Shown: piece after piece, positions 52,286 through 64,000 of the stretch
Numbering within the stretch: the first letter of the stretch is position 1
How the letters are laid out: each line of letters begins with the position of its first letter
Source: Malacoraja senta
Taxonomy: Eukaryota
Direction of reading: 5' to 3'
Assembly: GCA_038087875.1 (NCBI GenBank)
Contig: CM075985.1
Span: 7,874,001 to 7,938,000, forward strand
DNA: 64,000 nucleotides
Notes under the pieces: model-generated
Databases searched by the model: none
What the model was told of the DNA's origin: nothing
Seen by the model: only the letters and a program-made list of their open reading frames with translations
Made by a program: the position numbers and the translations under genes

Positions 52286-52767
52286 AAGTTAGACTAATCT
52301 AGATGGGACCTGGGCAGGTTGGGCCCACTTGCACACCATATGACTATAATTCTGGTGTATTGGAGTAACTCAGTGGGTCAGGCAGCATTGGTGACATTTC
52401 AGGTTGGGATCCTTCTTCAGACTAACTAGTTATCCATGTTCTCCAGAGATGTGCTCAATCACTCATGTGATAAGAGCAGAATTTGGCCATTCTGCCTATC
52501 AAGTCTACTCCACCATTCAATCATGGCTGATCTGTCTCTCCCTCCGAACCTCAATCTCCTGCCTTCTCCCCATACCCCTTGACACCCGTACTAATCAAGT
52601 ATCTATCTTTGTGTCTAGATCATTAATGCAAGATCATGCTTTCTCTTTTTTTGTAAACCAGTATCTGCATTTCCTTGTCTCAACGACTTGATCTTGAAAC
52701 ACAAGCACACGGAGCCGTCACATGCACACTGCCGCTCAGAGTGGAGGGAAGGAGGTGGTTGGTATCC

Positions 52768-55356
52768 GTGTTAAAGAAGGAACTGCAGATGCTGGAAAAT
52801 CGAAGGTACACAAAAATGCTGGAGAAACTCAGCGGGTGCAGCAGCATCTATGGAGCGAAGGAAATAGGTAACGTTTCGGGCCGAAACCCTTCTTCAGACT
52901 GATAGGGGGTGGGAGAAGAAAGGAAAAAAGGAAAAGGAGGAGGAGGAGCCCGAGGGTTGGGGGAGGGGAGGAGACAACCAGATGGCTGATGAAGGGGAGG
53001 GGACAGCCAGGGCTAGCAGAATTGGGAGAATTCAACGTTCAGGCCACCAGGGTGTAGACTGCCCAAGCGGAATATGAGGTGCATTTCCTCCAATTTACGG
53101 TGTTGCTCGCTGTGGCCATGGAGGAGACCCAGGACAGAGAGGTCAGATACGGAATGGGAGGGGGAGTTGAAGTGCTGAGCCACCGGGAGTTCAGGTTGGT
53201 TATTGCGGACCGACCGGAGGTGTTCGGCGAAACGATCGCCAAGCCTCCGCTTGGTCTCACCGATGTAGATCAGCTGGCATCTAGAGCAGCGAATGCAATA
53301 GATGAGGTTGGAGGAGATGCAGGTGAACCTCTGTCGCACCTGGAACGACTGCTTGGGTCCTGGAATGGAGTGGAGGGGGGAAGTGAAGGGACAAGTGTTG
53401 CATCTCTTGCGGTTGCAAGGGAAAGTACCAGGGGAGGGGGTGGTATGGGAGGGAAGGGAAGAATTGACAAGGGAGTTACGGAGGGAGCGGTCTTTGCGGA
53501 AGGCAGACATAGGGGGAGATGGGAAGATGTGGCGAGTGGTGGGGTCACGTTGGAGGTGGCGAAACTGACGGAGGATCACTTGTTGTATGTGACGGCTGGT
53601 GGGGTGAAAGGTGAGGACTAGGGGGACTCTGCCTTTGTTGTGAGTGGGGGGATGGGGAGAGAGAGCAGTGTTGCGGGGTATGGCAGAGACCCTGGTGCGA
53701 GCCTCATCTATGGTGGAGGAGGGGAACCCCCGTTCCCTGAAGAATGAGGACATTTCAGATGCCCTGGTGTGGAACGCCTCATCCTGGGAGCAGATGCGGC
53801 GTAGACGGAGGAATTGGGAGTGGGGGATGGAGTCCTTACAGGAAGCAGGGTGGGAAGAAGTGTAGTCCAGATAGCCATGGGAGTCGGTAGGTTTGTAGTG
53901 GATGTCGGTAAGGAGTCTATCACCTGCGATGGAGATAGTGAGGTCAAGGAATGGTAGGGAAGTGTCGGAAATGGTCCAGGTGTATTTAAGTGCCGGATGG
54001 AAGTTGGTGGTGAAGCGGATGAAGTCAGTCAGTTGTGTGTGGGTGCAGGATGTGGCACCAAAACAATCATCGATGTAGCAGAGGTAGAGGTCGGGGATGG
54101 GGCCCTGGTACGCATTGAACAGGGATTGTTCTACGTACCCGACAAAGAGGCAGGCGTAGCTGGGGCCCATGCGTGTGCCCATAGCTACGCCTTGTATTTG
54201 GAGGAAATGGGAGGAGTCGAATGAAAAGTTATTAAGTGTAAGTACCAGCTCCGCTAGGCGGAGGAGGGTGTCAGTGGCCGGGTATAGATTGCTTCTTCGG
54301 TCGAGGAAAAAACGGAGGGCTTTGAGACCATCCTGGTGGGGGATGGAGGTGTACAGTGACTGGACGTCCATGGTGAAGATGAGGGGGTGAGGGCCTAGAG
54401 AGTGGAATGCGCGGAGATGACGGAGAGTGTCTGAGGTGTCTTGAACATAGGTGGGGAGGGATTTAACCAAGGGGGATAGTATGGAGTCGAGGTAGGTGGA
54501 GATGAGTTCGGTGGGGCAAGAACAGGCAGAGACAATGGGTCTACCGGGACAGTCAGGTTTGTGGATTTTGGGGAGAAGGTAAAAGCGGGCTGTGCGGGGC
54601 TGGGGAACGATGAGGTTGGAGGCTCGTTCGGGCAGGGCGTGGGAGTGGATGAAGTTGGTGATGGTGCTGGAGATGGTGGCCTGGTGCTCGTCAGTGGGGT
54701 CATGGTCCAGGGGTAAGTAGGAAGAGGTGTCCGAGAGTTGGCGCGTGGCCTCAGCTTTGTAGAGGTCGACGCGCCAGACTACCACGGCACCTCCCTTGTC
54801 GGCGGGTTTGATAACCCAATCTAGGTTATTGCGGAGTGAGTCGATGGCAGTGCGTTCAAGGGGGGAGAGATTGGAGTGAGACAGGGGAGTGGAGAAGTTG
54901 AGGCGGTGGATGTCACGGCGGCAGTTTTTAATAAAGAGTTCTAAAGCCGGAAGGCTGCGAGGGGGGTTCCATGAGGATGGGGTGCGTTGGAGACGGGAAA
55001 AGGGGTCATCAGTGGGGAGCGAGGACTGCTTCCCATGGAAGTGAGCTGTGAGGCGGAGGCGACGGTAGAAGCGTTCCAAGTCATGGAGGGCACGGAACTC
55101 ATTGAGATGGGGACGGAGGGGGACAAAGGTAAGACCTCTGCTGAGGACAGACCGTTCGATGTCGGAGAGGGGGAGGTCGGGGGGGATGGTGAACACCCGG
55201 CAGGGATGGGGGTTGGGGCCGGAGGAAGGCAGGTGGGTGTAATGGGGACGAGGCGATGTGTGGTGGGGGGGTGGTGGGTGGTCAGGGGGTGGGGGGGTGA
55301 GAGGGCAGTGGTGTGGGTGTGGAAGAGAAGTGGTCCCATAGTTGGAGAGGGATGGG
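52768..55356 (-). mobile_element. Penelope-like retroelement (RT plus GIY-YIG), 5'-truncated, with 3' pseudo-LTR
   Basis: Uninterrupted frame 53013-55356 with RT motifs MDVQSLYTSIP, GVAMGTRMGP and YIDD, a Cys knuckle CNRKRCNTC, and GIY-YIG NLIYCIRC...IYIGETKR. Flanked by the 11-bp direct repeat GGTTGGTATCC (52757-52767 and 55357-55367). Confidence 0.92.
52870..52897 (-). ncRNA. Minimal hammerhead-ribozyme-like core in the Penelope pseudo-LTR
   Basis: The minus strand reads CUGAAGA-A-GGG-UUUCGG-CCC-GAAA-CGUU: conserved core boxes, a 3-bp helix II and a palindromic ACGU helix III. Confidence 0.6.
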
Positions 55357-56122
55357 GGTTGGTATCCTATTGGTCTCGTCCATTAGCTCCACCTCTTGGC
55401 AATTGTATCACTCTTCCGAGAAATATATTATGTGTTCTGGTAAACAACACGCCTCAAGGAAGTGCCAGTGCTGGCTGCTTTGATCTGTTGTTTTCCCACT
55501 TTACCCTACATATCTCTAGTCTCCCTCTCCCCTGACTCTCAATCTGAAGAAGTGTCTCGACCCCAAAAGTCACCCATTCCTTCTCCCCAGAGCTGCTACA
55601 TGCCCCGCTGAGTTACCCCAGCATTTTGTGTCACACCTCACTGAACACCAGGCTGGTCCGCGGTGAGATCCTTTGCGTTCTATTTTATTTTTAGTCAGGA
55701 TCGAACCCGGGTCTCTGGCGCTGTGATGCAGCAACTCTATCGCTGCGCCACTGTGTCGACCAGTGATTTAAACGGTTGTTTAATTTCATTGCGACTCTTC
55801 TTTACTTCCCTGCGCCCTTCTCCCCCCCCCCACCCCCCCCCGTCCCGCCATCACCCCTCTCTGCCCGGTTTCCCTCTCCCTCCCCCACCGCCCACCTCCT
55901 TTACTTCCATCCTTGCCCCACTCACGTCCACGTCCCTCTCTTGCTTTACCCGACCCCTCATAACCCCATGATCCGCTTCTCCCCTCCGCCCTCTTGCCCT
56001 GCACCCCATCCCTCGCCAACCCTCCTCGCCCTTGAACTTGAAACGTTCCGGCCGCGAATGCGAAGGTGAAACCAACAGCGAACTATCGGCGTTAAAGCAA
56101 GATGATACAAACACAAACTCAC

Positions 56123-56250
56123 AAAGTATTTTGATCGCATTTATCCTCTCCCTTTGGGTTGTCCGGAGCCTGGAACCCTCTTATTAAATCAGCTCGACCA
56201 CTTCGTCCATTCGCAGCAGGGAGCTGTGCGGAAACGAAACCGAAAGGCGC
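56123..56250 (-). promoter_or_regulatory. Candidate promoter/non-coding exon 1 of the IgV-TM-NLR gene, with ISRE
   Basis: Donor |GTGAGT at 56122. GAAACGAAACCGAAAG at 56231-56246 contains GAAA-CC-GAAA, an IRF/ISRE consensus. CpG is locally enriched. Confidence 0.45.
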
Positions 56251-57444
56251 TCTACGACTCCACCTGTATATTTGTAACAAAGGGCTGGGGTCAGGCAGCT
56301 TCTCTGGAGAACATAGTTAGGCGACGTTTCGGTTTGGGACCCTTCTTAAGAAGATTCGTTTATCCATGTTCTCCAGAGATGCTGCATGATCCGCTGAGTT
56401 ACTCCAAAACTCTCGTGTCTCTTTCTCTAGCATCTGCAGTTCCTTATCTTTACACTACTTGCTTTTCTTGTCTGACTAGTTTCAAACAGCCTAACACTCA
56501 AACTTTTTTATAAAATGCGACTCATAGACAAATGTCTGCAGCGGTCGGCGGATCATAGTGCGGATCATTGGGTCACACACACTGTACCAATCCCTGAACA
56601 CAGTGTACTAAGTCGTTAACTCGCTCTCATTGCGGTAGTTTATTGTGTCCGGGCAGTTGAAAACAACATTGTTTGCAGTCAGCCATTTTGCTGCCCCGCC
56701 TATGGAACAGTGTGGAGCCCGAAAGAGAGGATTAAACATGTTTATTTGTATTCGCCATATTAGTTGATACGTTTTGTGAGGACGTATAAGACAATGCCCT
56801 ATGGTGTAAACGGTAGTACAACCAATACTGAGGAACAAATGGACCTAAAGGTCAAATTCCACAATCACCAACGGTAGCAGCACAGGCGTTGACACAAGGA
56901 ACTGCAGATGCTGTTTTACAAAGCAAAATACACAAACTTCTGGAGCAACTCAGCGGGTCGCGGAGTTTGTAGTGTTCTGGTAAACAACACGGCCTCGCTA
57001 AACACCAGTCTGTGGAATCTGTTGCATACTACTATTTAGTTTCATTGCGTCCCCCTTTCCCCACTCGCTCCTTATCCCCCCCTCCCCTCTTGTACCACCC
57101 CTCCCTTGCCCCGTCCCCGCTTCCCCCTCCCCTTGCCCCGTCCCCGCTTCCCCCTCCCCTTGCCCCACCCCCGCTGCCCCGTCCCCTTTCCCTCCCTGCC
57201 CATTGCCGCCCGTCCCGCGCAAATCTTCCTCCCCAAACCCTTGCCCATCGTCCCGCTCCCCCCTTTGCTCCGTCTCCCGCTCACCCTCCTCGCCCTTGAA
57301 ACTGAAAAGTTCGAGTCGTGAATGTGAATGTGAAACCAACAGCAAACTATCAGTTTTATGCCATGTCGACCGAAACACACTCACTAATTATTCGGATCCC
57401 ATTTGTCCTCTCCTTTTGGGTTGTCGGGGAACTAAAAAACCCTC

Positions 57445-59726
57445 AAATTAAGGTAAAAACAGGAGAATAATGTCACTGGAATAGGCAAATAAGCAATGAA
57501 AAAAAAAGTGTGTCTTTATTATATTGTTGAGCAAAGGGATTACTCTTCAATCTTCAATTAGGCAATGAATAAAACAGAAAACTTAATTGCCTCTAAGATC
57601 AGATTCATAACTTGTGAGAAGCAGCCAGCGAGTGGATGACAAATTTACACAATCTCCCCATTGAGATGAACACTCACCCAAGCTAGGGAACAGCAGCAAT
57701 GACAACAGCATCTTTTCCACTGTAAACTCCATGGCCTTGAACATTAAAAACAAAACAAGTTATTTTTTTTGAGCATCTCCAAATCTTCAGGAACAGTGCC
57801 TCGGGAGCGATGGATAACAAACCAAGTTGATGCGAAATTTCATCACCGACGTCTGCCTTCATCAGAAGACGGCTCCGAAGAAATAATAAATGGTCCACAT
57901 CCCCCAGGGTCACAGGGTGGATCTTTATTGTCAGAGGGCACTGCTGTCGACATGGCTGGGCTAACGCTGGACCCTTGACCTGTGGATTGTGATCCTAAGA
58001 CCGATGATCTCATGTGCTTCAGTGCATGTCAATACTCAATGACTTGCATGAGTCAATACCACATGGTAGGCTGCTCTGGAAGGTTATATCACATGGGATC
58101 CAAGGAGATAGTTGAATGGATAGAAAACTAGCTTCTTGGAAGGAGCAGAGGGTGATGGTGGAAGGTTGCTTCTTGGACTGGAGGTCTGTGACTAGTGGTG
58201 TGCCTCAGGGTTCGGTGTTGGACCCATTACTATTTGGTATCTATTTCAATCATTTGCATGAGTATGTACATGGCAAGATTAACAAATTTGCAGATGATAC
58301 AAAAGTGGGTGGTATTGCAGATAGTGAAAATGGTTGTCAATAATAGCAGCAGGATCTTGATCAGTTGGCCTGGTGGGCTCAGGAATGGTTGATGGAATTT
58401 AATACAGAAAATGTTCAGTTGTTGCATTTTGGAAAGTCTAATATAGGTCAGACCTACAGGGTGAATGGTCAGGCTCTGTGAATTGTTATAGAGCAGAGGG
58501 ATCTATAAGTGCAGGTACATAATTCCTTGAAAGTAGCGTCAAAGTGGTCAAAAAGACTTTTGGCACATTGACCTTCATCAGTCAGAGTATTGAGTATAGA
58601 ACCTGGGAGGTCATATTGCAATTATATAAGATGTCAGTGAGACCACATTTAGAGTATTGCATTCAGTCCTGGTCACCGTGTTATAATAATAATAATAATA
58701 ATAATAATAGATTTTATTTATATAATAATAATAGATTTTATTTATATAGCGTTATAGAAAAGATGTTTACTTGGAAAGGGTGCAGAGAAGATTTACAAGA
58801 ATATTGCCAGGACTCGAGAATCTGAGCTGTTGGGAGAGATTGAGCAGTCTGGGACTCAATTACCTGGAGAGCAGGACGATGAGGAGTGATCCTATAGAGG
58901 TGTATACAATCATGAGAGGAATACATCAGGTGGACACACAGAGATTCTAGCCCAGGGTGGGGGAATCGAGAATCAAAGGGCAGAGTTTTAAGGTGAAGGG
59001 GAAAAGATTTTATAGGAATCTGAGGGATAACATTTTCAGGCACAGGGTGCTGGGTGTTTGCAACAAGCAGCTGGAGGAAATGGTAGAGGCAGGGATTATA
59101 GCAACGTTGAAGGAGCAATTAGATTGGTATGTGGATAGGACCGGTTTAGAGGGATATGGGCCAAACGCAGGCAAGTAGTGCATCCGTGGATAACAAGGGA
59201 AATCAGGGATAGTATCAACACAAAAGATGAAGCATACAAATTAGCCAGAAAAAGCAGCCTACCAGAGGACAGGGAGAAATTCAGAGTCCAGCAGAGGAGG
59301 ACAAAGGGCTTAATTAGGAAAGGGAAAATAGATTATGAATGAAAACTGGCAGGGAACATAAAAACTGACTGCAAAAGTTTTTATAGATATGTGAAGAGAA
59401 AGAGATTAGTTAAAACAAATGTAGGTCCCTTGCAGTCAGAAACAGGTGAATTGATCATGGGGAACAAGGACATGGCAGACCAATTGAATAACTACTTTGG
59501 TTCTGTCTTCACTAAGGAAGACATAAATAATCTGCCGGAAATAGCAGGGGACCGCGGGTCAAATGAGATGGAGGAACTGAGTGAAATCCAGGTTAGCCGG
59601 GAAGTGGTGTTAGGTAAATTGAATGGATTAAAGGCCAATAAATCCCCAGGGCCAGATAGGCTGCATCCCAGAGTACTTAAGGAAGTAGACCCAGAAATAG
59701 TGGATGCATTTGTGATCATTTTTCAA
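57445..59726 (+). repeat. Near-identical duplicate of 48517-50797
   Basis: Same unique and repeat sequence at offset 8928-8929 with only a few substitutions. The copy ends exactly at the N gap. Confidence 0.95.
57678..57732 (-). CDS. Duplicate copy of the signal-peptide exon inside the 2.3-kb duplication
   Basis: Same sequence as 48750-48804 (offset 8928). Possibly an assembly false duplication. Confidence 0.4.
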
Positions 59727-59926
59727 NNNNNNNNNNNNNNNNNNNNNNNNNNNNNNNNNNNNNNNNNNNNNNNNNNNNNNNNNNNNNNNNNNNNNNNNNN
59801 NNNNNNNNNNNNNNNNNNNNNNNNNNNNNNNNNNNNNNNNNNNNNNNNNNNNNNNNNNNNNNNNNNNNNNNNNNNNNNNNNNNNNNNNNNNNNNNNNNNN
59901 NNNNNNNNNNNNNNNNNNNNNNNNNN
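59727..59926. other. Assembly gap (200 N)
   Basis: Run of exactly 200 N, so the true gap size is unknown. Confidence 0.99.
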
Positions 59927-60259
59927 GTACAGAGGGACAGACGGACTTCAATGCGCATATGAAACGATCCCAAACTGTAACAACACAAGTAGATACATTA
60001 TAGACACAAGGAGCTGCAAATGCTGGTTTACAAAAAGTAACACAAAGTGCTGGAGTAATTCCGCGGCTCAGGCAGCATCTCTGGAGAATGTGGAAAGACC
60101 ACACTCTGGTCAGGACCAAAGATACTAGAGGAGCTAGGATCTTTGGCCAGGATCCTTCTTCAAGTCGAATAACTAGAAAAATTGTCCAGCAAGCACTTTG
60201 GATACTAGTCTTCATTCGCTTTGCAAGGGTAGAAAGGTTACCGTTCAACTATTTAGAAG

Positions 60260-61500
60260 TTTATAAGTTATAGGAGCAGAATTAGGCCATTTGGCTCATC
60301 GAGTCTACTTCGCCATTCATTCATAAAAACATAGAAAATAGGTGCTGGAGTAGGCCATTCGGCCCTTTGAGCCTGCACCGCCATTCAATATGATCATGGC
60401 TGATCATCCAACTCAGTATTCTGTACCTGCCATCTCTCCATACCCCCTGATCCCTTTAGCCACAAGGACCACATCTAACTCCCTCTTTAATATAGCCAAT
60501 GAACTGGCCTCAACTACCTTCTGTGGCAGAGAATTCCAGAGATTCGCCATTCTCTGTGTGAATTTTTTTTTTCTCATCTCGGTCCTAAAAGATTTCCCCC
60601 TTATCCTTAAACTGTGACCCCTTGTTCTGGATTTCCATTCCTGGCTGATCTATCACTTTCAATCCCATTCTCCAACCTTCTCCCTGTAACCTTTGACACC
60701 CTTAGTAATCATGAAGGAACATGCCAATTTCTGCTTTAAAATACCCAATGACAGCCTCCATAACGGTCTGTAACAATGAATTCCAGATTCACCACCACTA
60801 AAGATATTTGTTTTTATTCTAAGGCTGTGCCCTCTTGTCCAAGACTCCCCCATTAGTGGAAATATCCTGTCCACATCCATTCTATGCAGGCCTTTCACTA
60901 TTCAGCAAGATTCAATTAGGCCCCTCCCTCATCCTTATAAACTCCAGCAAGTACAGGCCCAGTGTCGTCAATCGCTCATCATATGTTAACCCATTCATCC
61001 CCAAGATCATTCTCGTAAACCTCCTCTGGATCCTCTCCAATGCCAGCACACCCCTCCGCCAATACGAGGCCCAAAACCGCTCACAATATTCCAAATGCGG
61101 TATGAGCATTGCCTTATAAATCCTCAGCATTACATCCTTGCTTTTATATTCTAGTTCTCTCCAAATAAATGCTAACATTGCATTTGCCTTCCTTACTAAC
61201 AATTTAACTTGCAAATTAACCGTTTGGGAATCGTGCACCAACATTTCCAAGTCTCTTTAAACGTCCAATTTCTGAATCCTCTCCCCATTTAGAAAATAAT
61301 CTACACCTTCATTCCTACTACCAAAGTGCATGTCTGTACGCTTTGCTACACTGCATTCCATCTGCACTTCTTTGCCCGTTCTCCCAACCGGTCTAAATCC
61401 TTCTGCAAACTCCCTGCTTCCTCAATACTACCTATCCCTCCACCTACCTTTGTATCATCCACAATCTTGGCCACTGCCATCAAATCCGTCATCCAAATTA
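60260..61500 (-). mobile_element. Degenerate CR1 3' fragment(s)
   Basis: Reverse frame LLVRKANAMLAFI...PHLEYCERFW...QRRFTRMI, followed by CR1 tails. Confidence 0.8.
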
Positions 61501-61663
61501 TTTGATTGATTCGTTGAAAAAAACAGCATGGAATCAAGTACTTTGTCGCAAGTCCATGCTGACCATCAATCGCCCATTCATACCCGTTCTATCTCATCCC
61601 ACTTCCTCATCCACTCCCTACGCAAGGGGGGGCAATATACAGAGCCCCATTAACCTAATTGTA

Positions 61664-62567
61664 ATAGAGAGGTTTCACGGCAGTCGGGTCACGACCCATG
61701 GCCCGTACTGTTGCTACGCTACGCCAAATGGATTACACGCGATGAACTGCAGGTAAGCACTTACCATAGTTTCCAGCTTAGCGGGCCCGTTAAAACCCGC
61801 CGAAATTGTCAATTTTTGCGCTGTAAATAATTATGGAAATCGGGATAAGCGTGAGAGACATTTATCCTACTTCAGAATTCCAAAAGTGAGGAGAAATGAC
61901 GGTAGATAGAAGCGAGAGCTGAAGGAACAACAACAGCCAAAGTGCTTGGCGAACATTGGCCGTTTGCTCACTGCATTTCATCAACTAAGGCATTATTTGT
62001 GTTTTTTCTTGATTCCTTTGGCATCTAAAAAGTTTCAGAAGGGATAAATCTGGCTGTAAAATTTTTAAATCACCCATGGTTCTCAAGTGGGTTATTACAT
62101 ACAAAAATAAAACGTCACTGAAGCAAAATTTACAGCCAGATTTATCACTTCTGAGACTTTTTAGATACAAAGGAATCAAGAAAACCCCCAAATAATGCCT
62201 TACTGTTGATGAAATACAGTGAGCAAACGCGATAATCCGCCATATTTTCAATTCCGATATCTGCACGGCCAATGTTCGCCAAGCACTTTAGCTGCTGTTG
62301 TCCCTTCAGCTGTCGCTTCTCTTTACCTTCATTTCGCTTCACTTTTGGAATTCTGAAGTTGGGTACATGTCTCTCACACTTACCCCGACTTCCACAATTT
62401 TTTACAGCGAAAAAATTCAACATTTTGGCGGTTTTTAAACAGGTAGGAAAGTACGCGTTTCTTGCATTAATAACATATACCGGAAGTGACGGATGTCCTC
62501 CAGATGGATTGAGCGGCTCCGTGCGTCAAGCCCTATGACCCGGTGACCTTACGTGCAACCCCACTAT
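61664..62567. mobile_element. Foldback non-autonomous DNA transposon (long imperfect palindrome)
   Basis: Mirror arms, e.g. ttcagaattccaaaagtga/tcacttttggaattctgaa, aagtgcttggcgaacattggccgt/acggccaatgttcgccaagcactt and ataaatctggctgtaaa/tttacagccagatttat. Termini atag.g.ggtt.cacg. Superfamily not assigned. Confidence 0.75.
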
Positions 62568-62949
62568 ATGTCAGTTGATAGTCTGTCCCCTGTTATGAAG
62601 ACAGATCAAGAAAGGGGAGAGGTTTCAGAGAGAGAATTTGGGGGCAGAGAGGTATCAGAGACTATTTTTAAACCCCTCTTCCCTAAAACTCTTGCGCATC
62701 CAACACTGTAGAGTTCCCCTGATCTTCACCACCCCACCAGTCCCTGCATCCAACACGTCTTTCTCCGACACCTTTCAAGTTCAATCTATCGAATTATTCT
62801 TATAATGAGGCTCGTACAACGACGTAATCGGAGTCTGTCTTTATTTAGCAACTCACTACAGCAGCTGCCTCGTGCTGCAACCCCGGGCCCTGCTGCTAGG
62901 CCTCTCTCCGGTTACGCCCACAGCCCCACCTTCAGGCCGGATGCTGTCA

Positions 62950-63770
62950 CTGCAGCCTGACCACTGGCAGCAGAATAAAGGCATTCCTTTATTATATTAT
63001 TCCATAATACCACACAATCTATCACCTTCAACATGATCCCACCACCACTCACATCTTCCCATCTCCACTGCGTTTTGCCTTCCTTCGCATCTCCTTGCTT
63101 CACTCATCCCTTCCCTCCCAATCCACTCCCTTCCCAGGTATTTTCACCTACATTCACAGGAGATCCATATACCTCCTCCCTCGTCTCCATCCAGGCACCC
63201 AGCAGTGCTTCCAAGTAAGACAGTGGTTCACGTGCGCCTTCTCCAATCTCATCATCTGCATCTGGTGTTCCTAACGTGGCCTCCTGCATATTGCCCAGAC
63301 TCGACGACCAGTTTGCGGAACACTTGCGATTGGACAGCCAAGGCCCACTGGATCTCCCGGTTGCTCACCATTTTAACCCCTCCCTCCCCCTCTCCTCTTC
63401 CCATTCCCATACTGACCTTTCTGTCCTGGGCCTCCACCATTGCCAGAGCGAGACCACGTACAAACTGAAGGGACAGCAACTCATATTCTGCTTGGATAAC
63501 TTACCACCCAGTGGTATGCGCATTTAAATCTCCAATTTTAGATAACCCTCATAAAGCTCCTACACCATAGCCCTCCTTTTCCACCCCGCCTATAAAATCC
63601 CCTGTCGCCAGAGTCTCCCCATCACCTGCCACGCTGCGTCCAGCGTCTCCTCGCTCCCCGCTTTCTTTTACCCCCATGTCAATCCGCCTGAAGAAGAGTC
63701 CTGACTGAAAAGTCACACATCCATGTTCTCCAGAGTTATCGCCCGAGTTACTCCGGCACTTTGAGTCTAT
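62950..63770 (+). mobile_element. Old degenerate Penelope-like 3' fragment with pLTR
   Basis: Recognisable similarity to the GIY-YIG-coding end and pLTR of the 52.8-55.4 kb element, with many mutations. Confidence 0.7.
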
Positions 63771-64000
63771 TTTGTCAGCCACAATGTGCAGTTGTTTGCG
63801 TTTCAATGACTTGGTTTTCAAACACAAACACACAGAGACATCATAAGCAAGAGGTGGAGCCTATGGTCCCGATCGTAGTCTCCACCTCTTGTCAATTGCA
63901 CCACTCTGCTGAGAAATATATACTCTGGTGAGCAACACCTTTTGCTGAAGCAACACCTTTCGCAACACCAGGCTGATGCGCGATCAAATCTGTTACGCCC

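Noticed and set aside
55194-55196. GTG start of the 727-aa Penelope ORF
   Set aside because: Manual translation shows the frame open upstream through the TSD at 55357, so the element is 5'-truncated within its ORF.
56998-57451. Overlapping Pro/Gly-rich ORFs
   Set aside because: They arise from a short C-rich tandem repeat (ccccgcttccccctccccttgccc) and are not coding.
3170-63770. Recurrent ~30-bp repeat with a hairpin, superficially CRISPR-like
   Set aside because: The copies are dispersed, on both strands and irregularly spaced, in a eukaryotic context. They are explained as Penelope pLTR derivatives.

Overview
Repeat-rich vertebrate genomic DNA, most likely from a cartilaginous fish (skate/ray-like). 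That assignment is inferred from HE1/V-SINE-type tRNA SINEs, abundant CR1 and Penelope-like elements, and the style of the NLR. All host genes found are on the minus strand. (1) TSPAN33 first coding exon (9806-9895) in a CpG island. (2) Four 3' exons of a divergent legumain-like gene (24859-28826) encoding only the C-terminal prodomain/LSAM; no catalytic-domain exons were recognisable in the window. (3) The main finding: a seven-exon model (37762-48804) whose splice phases all match, encoding signal peptide - B7-like IgV - stalk/TM - NACHT - LRRs - helical tail (961 aa), i.e. an apparent type I membrane receptor with an intracellular NLR. A candidate non-coding first exon and an ISRE lie near 56.1-56.25 kb. 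Mobile DNA includes a Penelope-like element with open RT and GIY-YIG domains and a hammerhead-ribozyme-like core, roughly two dozen short derivatives of its pseudo-LTR, a young CR1, a Tc1, an L1 with TSD, a Rex1/Babar LINE, a nested CR1/PLE/Harbinger-MITE/Helitron stack and a foldback element. A 2.3-kb near-identical duplication ends at a 200-N gap. All gene models come from manual translation and splice-site reading, not from expression data.
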